In this document: in pieces, positions 54,343-64,000 of the stretch | Numbering within the stretch: the stretch's first letter is position 1 | Layout of the letters: each line of letters starts with the position of its first letter | DNA from: Andalucia godoyi And28 | Lineage: Eukaryota > Protista > Jakobida | NCBI GenBank assembly: GCA_009859145.1 | Contig: VRVR01000011.1 | Location: 268,026 to 332,025, forward strand | Direction: 5' to 3' | DNA length: 64,000 nt | Program-made: the position numbers and the translations under genes | Notes under the pieces: model-generated | The model's input: the letters and a program-made list of their open reading frames with translations, nothing else | Database searches by the model: none | Told to the model about the DNA's origin: nothing

Positions 54343-55348
54343 ATGGAACAGTCCTACAAGGTTGTTTTGCTAGGTGAGGGCCGAGTAGGAAAGACTTCGC
54401 TGACTCTTCGATTTTGCCAGGATAAGTTTTCGGACTCGCAGGAGTCGACCATCCAAGCATCGTTCTTGAAGAAGACGGTGGTGATTGCGGATGATCGTGT
54501 GAATCTGGCGGTGTGGGACACTGCGGGCCAGGAGAGGTTCCATGCCCTTGGGCCCATTTACTACCGAGACTCCAATGGTGCTTTGCTAGTGTACGACACC
54601 ACGGACGTGGACTCGTTTACAAAAGTGCAGAATTGGGTTAAGGAATTGCGGTCGATTGTCGGGGAGGATATTGTGCTCTGTATTGCAGGAAACAAATGCG
54701 ACCTCGAGAAGCTTCGGCAAGTGAATACAAACGATGCAGAGACGTATGCCGCCTCCGTAGGTGCCCACCACTTCTTGACATCTGCAAAGACTGGAAAGGG
54801 CGTCGAAGACGCTTTCCTTGATCTAGCGAAACGTATGTGTGATGAAATTGAAACTTTTCGCACCTCTCTCCCGCGCGCGCGCGCGTGTGTGTGTGTGTGT
54901 GTTTAAGGAAAAAGAAATGCATTGTTGCAGGCGTGTGGAGAGTTGTTCTTATACTGAAAAGAGATGCTCACCTTTTGCATTTTTGCATTTTGCTGCTGCT
55001 GCTATTGTTGTTGTTGATTGTCGTGATGCTTTTTTTAAATTAGGTGTTCATGCTGCCCGTGCTTCCAAGCTATCTGCAAATGCACAGAGACGACGAACCA
55101 GAATGATCACAGATGACCGTATGCCGCTCTTCCCGCTCTCTCTTGCAGTACGTTCCTATTTTTTTGTTTTTTGCTTGAATTCCACTCTAACTCTCGCTGT
55201 TTTGTTTTGTTTTGTGCCGTTGCTGCTGCGGTTGCTGTTTCTTTCCTTTTCCCGATCAATAGCGGCTCCTCCTACTCGAGTGAATGCTGCGGCTCCGCCT
55301 CCGTCCGCAGACCAACCAAAGAAGAAGAGCAAATGCACTATTTTGTAG
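54343..55348 (+). CDS. RAB21: Rab21 GTPase; 3 exons (54343-54832, 55044-55118, 55263-55348), 216 aa
   Basis: KVVLLGEGRVGKTSL, TIQASF and WDTAGQERFHALGPIYYRDSNGA (Rab21 signature). GTATG donors are phase-consistent and the exons total 651 nt; ends KKKSKCTIL. Confidence 0.93.
54872..54902. repeat. (CG)n(TG)n alternating purine-pyrimidine tract in Rab21 intron 1
   Basis: Read directly; a near-identical tract lies at ~57359-57391, and other (TG)n runs at ~10451-10475 and ~55888-55919. Confidence 0.9.
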
Positions 55349-55886
55349 TGGGATTCAAGTGAATGCGAGAGCTGGTGAAATTTGTTCTTCCGGTTCCTTA
55401 TCTAGCCATTTCCTCTTTTTTCTTCCCGGAGCTTTTCGTACTATCAGAACTTTCAGAGCGCCAGAACTGTGGCTGTTTGCGTGTTTTTCCATGTTTTCGT
55501 GGGTGAGTGGGTGCTACTTTTTTAATTTTTAATGTTTTTAATTTGCATTGTAATTTGGAGTGTGCTGATCTCGATCCGAAACGTCAATACTGACAACTTC
55601 TTTTCTTCGTTATAATTTTTGCTTTTTATTCCCAATGTCTTTTAATTTTTCCCATATCGGTTTCTACTGTTTGGGTGTGTTTTATTTTGTTTTCATCGTC
55701 TTGTCAAAAATGCCTGAAATCCTAACGAAGGGGTTTCCCCCCGTCCGGTTAGATCTAAATTAAAGCACTCCTTCTCTTCCACGATTTCGTAGTCTTACTT
55801 GCTCTAATATTTCGTTGTTGATTTGGCTGCTGTCGTTGTCCACAGTTCGGAATTGTTGAGAAAGTGTATACGTCCAGGACATGTGT

Positions 55887-55921
<35 letters not shown>

Positions 55922-56003
55922 ACCCATCAGAAATTCAGAGGGCGCAAGATGTTCCGATGTCCAGCGTGTCCAGCGGGCTGCAGGTACCGGTAGGTACAAA
56001 AAT

Positions 56004-57218
56004 TTACATCGAGGAAGGTCGCAGCGGGGAGTTGTGGCGGGAACCCGTGGAGGACGCTACAATGCGTTGACGGATGCCCGGTCTCGAAATATGTGATTCA
56101 CGCTCATCATCCGAGGCATCATCATCTTCTTCCGTTCCATCGTCGTCGTCATCGTCGTCATCGCCGTCGGTATGATCGTGATTGTTCGCTGCCGGGGCAT
56201 GCGCACTACTCGGTGTTGTAGCAGGTGCGGATCGAACTGCAGATCGCGACGATGCTCGAACGAAGGGATTGGATGGCACATTCGCCAATGGCGAGTCGGC
56301 GTCCACCGAAGAGGTGGATTCAGAATCTGGTACCGGTGTCGGACTGTCAAGACCTTGTTCAGGAACATCAAGCATGGATCCTCCGAAGACTGCGGATGCA
56401 GGCTCACGGTCCGACGTAGTCCTTCTTAAGACATACCGCAGATGTGCATCCGTAACAGCGTGGAACAGTGTGGCAATGACTTTGAACGACAACTTTGAGC
56501 CAATGAACAAAAAGAAGATGAACAGCTGAAACAAAAGAAGGCCAGACAAAATGACTGCAGACGAAGAATAGAAATGATGTTTGACCATCCACGCTAGCCC
56601 AGACATGTTGGCGTCGAATCGCAAATGACACGAATAGACCTCAAACCGCTTTTCTGAAATCTCTGCCTCGATTCTCCAAATGCTATCTTCATCGGCGCCC
56701 GCAACGAGATCTTCGAAAAGCACGACCTGCTGTGCCTCTGATTCCTTCCAAAACCCAATCACATAGAGCGGGAGAAACGTTGCAATCCGGATGTACCGGA
56801 GTGGCGTTGACTCGTATGTGATTCGAAGAGGTCGGTTTGAACCAAAGAGAAGTCGATTCTTGGCATCGTACATGCGAACAGTCATCATAATCATACCGAG
56901 TCCTCGATTTGCGTCGCTGACAGGAACATCCAGCTCCACAGATACTGCATACGACTGCCCGGGCGAAAGGACTGTATCACGCGAAGATGCAAAGGACACT
57001 TCTGCAACAGGCAGCGTTTTCCTAAAGTCAAAGTGCAATGGCCGATCGACGGTGACAATAGGGACAAATCGATAGTACCAAAACGCATATATGGAGACGG
57101 AGAGCACAGCAAACCCAACAAGTTGAAACAACCGCTTAATAGTACTCCACGCAATCGAGTTCAGCGTCTCAATCGACGACGACGACCACACTCTCGACGG
57201 GAGGTCATGAAATATCAA
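56004..57218 (-). CDS. BSCL2: Seipin (lipid droplet biogenesis)
   Basis: Two TM helices flanking RPLHFDF..LSPGQSYAVSVELDVPVSDANRGLGMIM; acidic tail. Confidence 0.9.
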   Translation of the reverse strand: MIFHDLPSRVWSSSSIETLNSIAWSTIKRLFQLVGFAVLSVSIYAFWYYRFVPIVTVDRPLHFDFRKTLPVAEVSFASSRDTVLSPGQSYAVSVELDVPVSDANRGLGMIMMTVRMYDAKNRLLFGSNRPLRITYESTPLRYIRIATFLPLYVIGFWKESEAQQVVLFEDLVAGADEDSIWRIEAEISEKRFEVYSCHLRFDANMSGLAWMVKHHFYSSSAVILSGLLLFQLFIFFLFIGSKLSFKVIATLFHAVTDAHLRYVLRRTTSDREPASAVFGGSMLDVPEQGLDSPTPVPDSESTSSVDADSPLANVPSNPFVRASSRSAVRSAPATTPSSAHAPAANNHDHTDGDDDDDDDDGTEEDDDASDDERESHISRPGIRQRIVASSTGSRHNSPLRPSSM

Positions 57219-57806
57219 GCTTCGAAGTATGAAAATTGCCTAATCAATACAATGAATTAAAACCACACAATTGTTGTCAACGGACTCTCAAATTAAATCG
57301 TCAGTGCATTTTTTGCCGATTCTCTCATGATGACGGCCAGGCCCCTCCGTCGTTATCAGCGCGCGCGCGTGTGTGTGTGTGTGTGTGTGTGCGTGGAGGT
57401 GCGAGAAACATACTTCAGATAGATCCACCATGTCGTTGAGGTTGTGAACGCCGAGTGTTTTCAGAAAAGAAGAAAGAACAGTACTACGAGAATCTCAAAA
57501 AGAAAAGAAAAGGAAAGAGAAAACCAATCTGGACATTTCGAGTTCTCCAACAACTGTAGATGCTTCAAGATTTCCTTATGCTCCCTTTCCCCCCACCGAA
57601 ACGCTTGCATCATCCCCTTGATGCCGGACTCTGCGACGCCGCTCGATCAAGCGGTTTATAACGAACTCTCTCTTCTATCGTTCCTGTTTTGGGAAATCAT
57701 TCACGACAGATGTGCTTTTTTATTTCAAAAATATTAAACCAAAAAGCCAATTTTTTCAACTTTTGTTGTTGTGGAAGTCGGGAAAGGCCATTGATAACAG
57801 TAGAGA

Positions 57807-60095
57807 ATGTCTGGGGAGACTGTGCGGGTGGTGGTTCGGTGCAGGCCGATGAGCGAAAAAGAGGTGCAGCGAGGATGCCAGCCGATTGTGAGCATGGATG
57901 CTCGGACGGGGGCAATCAATCTTCGGAACCCTGCGCGTCCGAATGAGCCTGACAAGACGTTTACGTTTGACTCTGTGTGGGATTGGAACAGCGCGCAACG
58001 AGCCGTTTATGAAGGTACGTCCGCCGCGATTGTTGCGTCTGTTTTGGATGGGTACAATGGAACGATCTTTGCGTACGGACAAACGGGCGCAGGTAAGTCA
58101 TTCACGATGGCTGGGAAAAAGGAGCCTGAAGAATTGAGAGGAATTATTCCAAATGCATTTGATTATATTTTCAAGGAGATTCAAAAGGAGGGTGACAAGC
58201 AGTTTCTAGTTCGTGCGTCGTATCTGGAAATCTACAATGAGGAGATTCGAGACTTGCTGGGGAAGGACCACACCAAACGATTGGAACTCAAAGAAAATGT
58301 CGATGCTGGTGTGTACGTGAAGGATCTAACTTCTTTTATCTGCAAGTCTGTGTCGGAAATTGAGCATGTGATGAAGGTGGGCGCACGGAATCGAGCTGTC
58401 GGTGAAACAAACATGAATGCAGAATCTTCGCGCTCGCACTCGATATTCACCATTGTTATTGAAACTTCGGAAAAGGGAGAGGATGGACAGCAGCACATTC
58501 GAGTTGGAAAGCTGAACATGGTGGATCTTGCTGGTTCAGAGCGAGCATCAAAGACCGGGGCGACGGGTGATCGGTTGGTGGAAGGTGCAAAGATCAACTT
58601 GTCGCTGTCTGCGCTGGGAAATGTCATTTCAACCCTGGTGGATGGAAAATCGACGCACATTCCGTACCGTGATTCCAAGCTGACCCGTTTGCTCCAAGAC
58701 TCTCTTGGAGGAAATACGAAGACGGTTATGGTTGCCAACATTGGACCTGCGGATTACAATTTTGATGAAACGCTATCGACGCTGCGATACGCAAATCGTG
58801 CGAAAAATATCAAGAACAAGCCAAAGATCAATGAAGATCCGAAAGATGCAATGCTCCGTGAGTTCCAGCAGGAAATTTTGCGACTAAAGTCGCTTCTTGA
58901 AGAAAAGGAGCGATCTCGAGGTGTCGGGGGTGGACCTCGCGTGGAACACATCCCAGCGGCGGAGGATGGTACTTCTGGTACCGGCCAACAGATGCTGAGC
59001 CAACAGCAGCATTCGCAGCAGCAACCGCAACCGATCACTGTCTCTGGTTTCTCCGAAGAACAATTGGAAGAACTTCGCAAGAAGAATGATGAAGATCGTT
59101 CAAAGATTTTGGAGGAGAAGAAGATGACGGAAGAGGAAAAGCTCCGAATTTCTGAAGAACTTGCGAGAAGAAATGATGAATTGGAGCGGGAGCGGCAAGA
59201 ACGGGAAGTGCTGGCTGCCAAGCTGAAGAGCATGGAGGAAATGGTTGTCCACTCGGGAGAGGAACTCATGGAAAAGGCCAAGTTTCAGGAGTCGGAGATC
59301 GAGCGACAGCGTCGCGAATTGGAGGAGCGGACGAAGCGTGAGGAGGATGCAAAGCGAGAGCTTGCGGAGAAAGAAGAGGCGTTGTTGCTTGCAGAGGAAA
59401 AGTATACTTCCCTGGAAGACGAAATCGACGGGAAAACCAAGAAATTGAAGAAGGCTATCAAGAAGTACCAACAGGCCAAGCAAGAGGTGTCCGATTTGCA
59501 ACACGAATTTCAGCAAGAACGGGAAGACATGCTGGACACCATCCGCGAGTATGAAAAGCAGTTGAAGCTGAAGATGTTGATTATTGACAGCTTCATTCCC
59601 CCAGAGGAAGTGGCGAAAGTTGAGCGGAGGGCTGAGTGGGATGAGGAACATTCTGAATGGATCGTTCGGAAGATTCAGCTTGCTGGAAACAATGTTCGCC
59701 GACCGGGTTCTGCGGTTGGGGCGAAGCGGCCCACCTCGGAATACGCCCGGATTGCAGCCCAAGTGGATGCGTCAAACCCGCGTTTCCGTGGCGAGAACAT
59801 TCTGAACGTTGAGCTCGAGATGCCGGATCGCACGACTGTCGATTACGAGGGTCCCGAATCGCAGAATCATCCACTGTACGACGGAATGGTGCAGTTGAAT
59901 GAGAACATGCCGAATGTGTACTTTTCGTACTCGCCAGAGAAAGATGCCAAGAAGGAGTCGAAGAAAGGGCGTCCGTCTTCTGCAGCAGCAAAGCGACCGG
60001 GTTCTGCAAAGCCTCCGAAGAAAGTCAAGAAGGACGATGCGACGGAGTATCCTGAAGCTCGAGGACTTGTTCAAAATCAGCAGCGGGTTCTGTAA
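57807..60095 (+). CDS. KIF3: Kinesin-2 motor subunit (KIF3B/FLA8-like)
   Basis: VRVVVRCRP, AYGQTGAGKS, NAESSRSH, VDLAGSER and NKPKINEDPKDAMLREFQ; C-terminal YPEARGLV. Confidence 0.96.
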   Translation: MSGETVRVVVRCRPMSEKEVQRGCQPIVSMDARTGAINLRNPARPNEPDKTFTFDSVWDWNSAQRAVYEGTSAAIVASVLDGYNGTIFAYGQTGAGKSFTMAGKKEPEELRGIIPNAFDYIFKEIQKEGDKQFLVRASYLEIYNEEIRDLLGKDHTKRLELKENVDAGVYVKDLTSFICKSVSEIEHVMKVGARNRAVGETNMNAESSRSHSIFTIVIETSEKGEDGQQHIRVGKLNMVDLAGSERASKTGATGDRLVEGAKINLSLSALGNVISTLVDGKSTHIPYRDSKLTRLLQDSLGGNTKTVMVANIGPADYNFDETLSTLRYANRAKNIKNKPKINEDPKDAMLREFQQEILRLKSLLEEKERSRGVGGGPRVEHIPAAEDGTSGTGQQMLSQQQHSQQQPQPITVSGFSEEQLEELRKKNDEDRSKILEEKKMTEEEKLRISEELARRNDELERERQEREVLAAKLKSMEEMVVHSGEELMEKAKFQESEIERQRRELEERTKREEDAKRELAEKEEALLLAEEKYTSLEDEIDGKTKKLKKAIKKYQQAKQEVSDLQHEFQQEREDMLDTIREYEKQLKLKMLIIDSFIPPEEVAKVERRAEWDEEHSEWIVRKIQLAGNNVRRPGSAVGAKRPTSEYARIAAQVDASNPRFRGENILNVELEMPDRTTVDYEGPESQNHPLYDGMVQLNENMPNVYFSYSPEKDAKKESKKGRPSSAAAKRPGSAKPPKKVKKDDATEYPEARGLVQNQQRVL

Positions 60096-60393
60096 TCGTT
60101 TCTCGCGTGTCTCTGCGAGTAGGCCAACCTTGCAAATGGTCTTGTGGTTGATGGTAGTGTGGTGGTAAAACCTTTTTGTAATATTTCCCGAATGCGATAT
60201 CTGCAATTAAGCAAAGTCTTTTCTTTCTTGGTACCTGCGAAGGACGTCTGAAGGACAACGCTGAAAAAAAAAAAAAAAACAAGTACAGGAACAGAAACGG
60301 GAGAAGAAGTAAGAATAAGAATAGCTTTTAAGAGTCCATGAAAAGAAGAATAGAGAGACATCGGAGGCATTCGCAAGTGACGCAGGGAAGGGC

Positions 60394-60864
60394 TCACTTT
60401 CCAGCCACCTTGACAGCTTCTAGCTTGGCCATAGCATCGAGGTTTCGGAGCACTTCGGTGAGGTTTGTCTCCAAGACCATTCCACCCATAATGATCTCAT
60501 CAAGTACGTAGTGGACTCGATCGGAGTGGAAAATCAGATCAAGCTCGCAGACGTTCTCAAAGCACTTGTCCAGCGACTCGACGAACACTTGGATCAGATC
60601 CAGAATTCCAAGTTCCGACTCGGAATTATCCACGACAATGATAAAGTACAGAGTAGCATAATGCCGGTAGATGACTTTGCAGTCGGAGCCCCAAACTGAC
60701 GACGACGCGCCCTCAACAAAGTTGCACAGTTTTTCGCTTCGTTTGGAAATCACATTGAACGTTTCCCGAATGCCTCGCTTCTGTGTCTCGCGGTCAAACT
60801 GGTCATAAAACTTCACAAGCCGCGGCTTTCCATGGTTATTAATGATCAACACTGCGCGAATCAT
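60394..60864 (-). CDS. AP3S: AP-3 adaptor complex sigma subunit
   Basis: MIRAVLIINNHGKPRLVKFY, KVIYRHYATLYF, ESELGILDLIQVFVESLDKCFENVCELDLIFH. Confidence 0.96.
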   Translation of the reverse strand: MIRAVLIINNHGKPRLVKFYDQFDRETQKRGIRETFNVISKRSEKLCNFVEGASSSVWGSDCKVIYRHYATLYFIIVVDNSESELGILDLIQVFVESLDKCFENVCELDLIFHSDRVHYVLDEIIMGGMVLETNLTEVLRNLDAMAKLEAVKVAGK

Positions 60865-61139
60865 TCTGTCCCACCTTTCTGTCTCTCTGCGTCTCTCTGC
60901 GTCTCTCTGTAATATATATACGTATATATACGTATATATATTTGCATGGATGAGTTTGGGTGCGTCGTTTTGAATGTGAATTAAGCATAGAAAGACAACT
61001 CCCGACCATCAAGGTGTAGGAAAAAATCCTGAATCAATTGATACAAGGAGTGTATTCTTACAGCAGTTTTTTGAACCGCGTAAGACGAATCACGGGCGAC
61101 AGAGCTGCAATGGTGTACATAAAGCATCTGGGCGAGTCT

Positions 61140-61200
61140 TTGACTGATTGCATAATTTTTAATTATTTTAATTGTTATTATTATTTTAAAATTTAAAAAA
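61140..61200. promoter_or_regulatory. AT-rich core of a probable bidirectional promoter (AP3S / polycystin-like)
   Basis: Near-pure A/T tract in a 352-bp head-to-head gap. Similar tracts occur in other divergent gaps (~3890-3935, ~7825-7900, ~39455-39490, ~47730-47755, ~50390-50420, ~57230-57300). Confidence 0.5.
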
Positions 61201-61216
61201 CGGGGGGGAAATCTGG

Positions 61217-64000
61217 ATGGGGATTGTAGCAAGTTACGCTTGGGGAATCCAGCTATGGGCAGTTCTGGTGCTCTGCTTGCTGGTGGGTAGGGCACTTGGC
61301 GGATGTAGCATACCGTACATAACCGGACCTCTGACGATTCCAAGCTGTGCCACCAATATTACGCTATGTGCAGTCGTGGAAACCGACGAGGTGTCACCCC
61401 ACACAACGTTCCAGTGGTCGTCCAATGACACAAGATTCGGTAGCAGCTCTGGGGCACCGGCTCAGCTGACATCCCAGTGCATATCGGTTCTGGACATTCG
61501 ACAGGACTACCCAACTACCGTTTCGGTCAGCGTGCAGACTCTAGGCGGATGCAGTGCGACTGCGTCGTCCGTCTTTCACAGAGCTGTCCAGAAAAACTTC
61601 CCGGTGGTGCGGATTGAAGCGCTGCAGAATGTCGTGCCATCCGGAAGGGATATCACTGTTGTTCCAGCTGTGTATGATTATGACTGCGGAGTCAGCGGAC
61701 TGCACCAGTACCAGTACCAATACCAGTACCAGTACCAGTGGACTGTCGAAGAAGCCGTCTCGCACGCAGCTGTCCAAACAAAGTCGGCGAACCGTTCGCA
61801 GTCGTTCGTGATTCCTCATGCAGTCCTGTCGGCTGGAAGGGCGTATGTTGTACGGGTCAGCACCTCTTTCAATGCGACTGGTGTACTTGCTGGAGATGTC
61901 GCTTCGTCCGAGTACATGTTTTACGTTGCTTCTGGAAATCTCACTGCTGCCATCGCTGGGGGAAACAGGACAATTTCCAGAGGCTATGCCGCTGTTTTCG
62001 ACGCAAGTATATCGGTTGATCCAGATGGATTGGACAACGCAGTTCCAAGGGATTACAGCTGGACGTGCTCAGTGTTGGAAAACAACCAAAAACTTCCGCA
62101 GGATGACTGTTTGCTGGGAACTTTTGTACAGACCAACAAACGCGCGCAGCTCGTTCTGGAAGGCACAGATCTTGTTCCTTTTTGGAAGTACAGGCTCACC
62201 GTCGTCGTGACGGTGGGTCAGCGGTCTGCAGCGTCGTTTGTAGATGTCACTTCCTCCCCGGACAGATCGCCGTTTATCGTCTTTACCACGGATTTTACTA
62301 CCCGAGTCAATGCCAACGAATCATTGAAGTTCAAAGTCAGCACGCAGTTTCCAGCAAAAGTGTCTTTCTGGTGGACAAGTACAACATTCAACTTAAGTGA
62401 TGCCTCTTCAGTAGTCGGTGGAACACAGCTTTCGTTTCTGACATTCATCCCGAATGCCTTACCGCCCGGTAGTACGCAAATTTTTGAGTGCACCGCATCT
62501 GCAGGAGGAACGTCTTCTCGCGCATCCTACCAAGTCCTGGTCAACTGGCCGCCAGAAAACGGCACTTTGGAGATCTTCCCGTCTGCATCCATCACGGCAT
62601 GGGAATCGGGTTCCGTGGCCTTCTGCAGTGGATGGCAGGATCGTGAAAAGGACTTCCCTCTGGAGTATGCTCTGTACTATTCGAGCGACACGGAAGACTT
62701 TGCTCTTCTGCAGGATTTTTCGCAGAATCGAGCATTCAGACTACCGGGACTCTCGGAAGGACTATACACCCTCCGATGTCGAGTGCGGGACGCGCTCGGA
62801 TCGTTCTCCGACATGGAGAAAACCCTGAATGTCACAGCAAACCAACAGTACGCTGCAATGTCCGCAGCTGCAAAGGCAGCATTTCTCCAAAACTCGGCAG
62901 AGCAGGCGTCATCCAAAGCATATCGGGCAGGCAGCATTACAGGATACTCTGGTGCGTTGACGGGTCCGCTGCTTGAACTCAACAAGCTGCCTGCAAACCT
63001 GTCTGCGGACTACTTGCAGATCGCTGCTGCCAGACAGGGCTTTCTGTCGTTACTGGAAGTGTTGGCAAACATGGATGTTCCCCCTGGAGTTACAATTGAC
63101 AGCGCAGAACATACATTTCTCTCTGTCGCCAGACTGTTGGCGTCGGATGGGACACAAATGGATGACGCAACCACGCTTGCTCTTGTCACAGTCATCGACA
63201 TCGTCCTGAGTAAGCGTCCGTGGAGCCCCTTGCAACGAGCAGCAGTCACTTCTGCTGTAGAGTGTCTGGGTGTGACGGTAGACAAGCTGCGGCGTGAGGA
63301 CGAGCTGGTCGCTGTGGGGCTTCTTCTGCACTGGAGAGTATCATCGACGTCCTCCTACACAACTCTCCAGGATCTCTTCAACAAGAATGTGCACGCAGCC
63401 ACAGTCCTGTCACGTCGATACGCCGTGTCTCTGTTCTATGACGAACCGGCGCAAGAGCAAATCACGGCCGGGTTTTCCATTCGCGCTTTTCGCGGATCTC
63501 CGGCAAGTATCTTTGGGACATCACATCCCAGTGGAGACAGACTTGCGTTCATCGATTTTGCTCCGTTTGCATCGGTCTCCAAGCAAATTTCTCAAACGCC
63601 GAACATTGCCGTGGCAATCATCCAGTTTTCCAACTTGATTTTCAGTCACTGGGGATCGGATGTGGACGGTGTGATATCGACGTCGTCTTTACGACTCGAG
63701 CTGCTGGACGTGGACCGCCAGTTGGAGATTACGAGTGGTTTAGACACATCGCCGATTGCCATCGGGCTTCCAGTCAAAAGAAGACTCAGCGAAACAGTGG
63801 GATTCGTAATCAAGCGTTCTTGCTACGTTTGGGAGCCGCGAGACTCTCTCTTGAACAAGACTTCTTCGTGCACTGCCTCTGACGTACTGTCGAGCTTGAG
63901 CACTGTGGTTTGCCAGTGCACTTCTCCTGGATTTTTTGTTTTCCAGAACGAACTGGCCGTCGTCCACTACCCCGATCCACAAATAGTATTCCGATACAGC
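61217..64000 (+). CDS. Polycystin-1-like (REJ + GAIN/GPS) surface receptor, runs off the window end
   Basis: Absent from the ORF track because it has no stop in the window. My translation from ATG 61217 gives a signal peptide, LTAAIAGGNR..FDASISVDPD..YSWTC and VNWPPENGTLEIFP..CSGWQD..FPLEY (REJ), then CYVWE..SSC..VVCQCTSPGFF (GPS-like). First and last codons are in frame; no stop was seen in the segments read. Confidence 0.85.
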   Translation, partial: MGIVASYAWGIQLWAVLVLCLLVGRALGGCSIPYITGPLTIPSCATNITLCAVVETDEVSPHTTFQWSSNDTRFGSSSGAPAQLTSQCISVLDIRQDYPTTVSVSVQTLGGCSATASSVFHRAVQKNFPVVRIEALQNVVPSGRDITVVPAVYDYDCGVSGLHQYQYQYQYQYQWTVEEAVSHAAVQTKSANRSQSFVIPHAVLSAGRAYVVRVSTSFNATGVLAGDVASSEYMFYVASGNLTAAIAGGNRTISRGYAAVFDASISVDPDGLDNAVPRDYSWTCSVLENNQKLPQDDCLLGTFVQTNKRAQLVLEGTDLVPFWKYRLTVVVTVGQRSAASFVDVTSSPDRSPFIVFTTDFTTRVNANESLKFKVSTQFPAKVSFWWTSTTFNLSDASSVVGGTQLSFLTFIPNALPPGSTQIFECTASAGGTSSRASYQVLVNWPPENGTLEIFPSASITAWESGSVAFCSGWQDREKDFPLEYALYYSSDTEDFALLQDFSQNRAFRLPGLSEGLYTLRCRVRDALGSFSDMEKTLNVTANQQYAAMSAAAKAAFLQNSAEQASSKAYRAGSITGYSGALTGPLLELNKLPANLSADYLQIAAARQGFLSLLEVLANMDVPPGVTIDSAEHTFLSVARLLASDGTQMDDATTLALVTVIDIVLSKRPWSPLQRAAVTSAVECLGVTVDKLRREDELVAVGLLLHWRVSSTSSYTTLQDLFNKNVHAATVLSRRYAVSLFYDEPAQEQITAGFSIRAFRGSPASIFGTSHPSGDRLAFIDFAPFASVSKQISQTPNIAVAIIQFSNLIFSHWGSDVDGVISTSSLRLELLDVDRQLEITSGLDTSPIAIGLPVKRRLSETVGFVIKRSCYVWEPRDSLLNKTSSCTASDVLSSLSTVVCQCTSPGFFVFQNELAVVHYPDPQIVFRYS

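Noticed and set aside
50853-64000. Functional cilia/trafficking gene cluster (IFT38, spastin-like, Rab21, KIF3, AP3S, polycystin-like)
   Set aside because: These categories are abundant in flagellate genomes and unrelated genes are interspersed; no evidence beyond proximity.
1-64000. CRISPR array, rRNA, tRNA, telomeric repeats or an intact transposase
   Set aside because: No repeat-spacer periodicity, rRNA signatures, cloverleaf candidates or DDE/serine/tyrosine recombinase ORF were seen by eye; tRNAscan/Infernal were not run.

Overview
Gene-dense (~48% GC) eukaryotic nuclear DNA from a flagellated protist. Evidence: standard genetic code, few short GT-AG introns, and IFT38/CLUAP1, kinesin-2, SPEF1 and a mitochondrial-type HslU. 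A discobid/jakobid-like origin is plausible but cannot be confirmed from the sequence. About 28 protein genes are present; no rRNA, tRNA or CRISPR array was seen. Three things stand out. (1) Two decayed members of one Fanzor (eukaryotic TnpB) family lie 38 kb apart: a 3' remnant at 1.2-1.6 kb and a ~250-bp internally deleted mini-element at 39.5-39.8 kb. Both still fold into the same omegaRNA-like structure: a GCCUA-loop hairpin, an 18-19 bp G-U-rich hairpin of different sequence, and a 3' UAGGC that can close a pseudoknot on the loop. (2) Gene orientation alternates strictly across the window (26 consecutive genes, 25 strand switches). (3) Three paralogous ~1100-1250 aa type II membrane glycoproteins built from 6-residue beta-repeats (fibre/bactofilin-like) cluster within 13.5 kb. 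All domain calls come from motif recognition by eye, not database searches.
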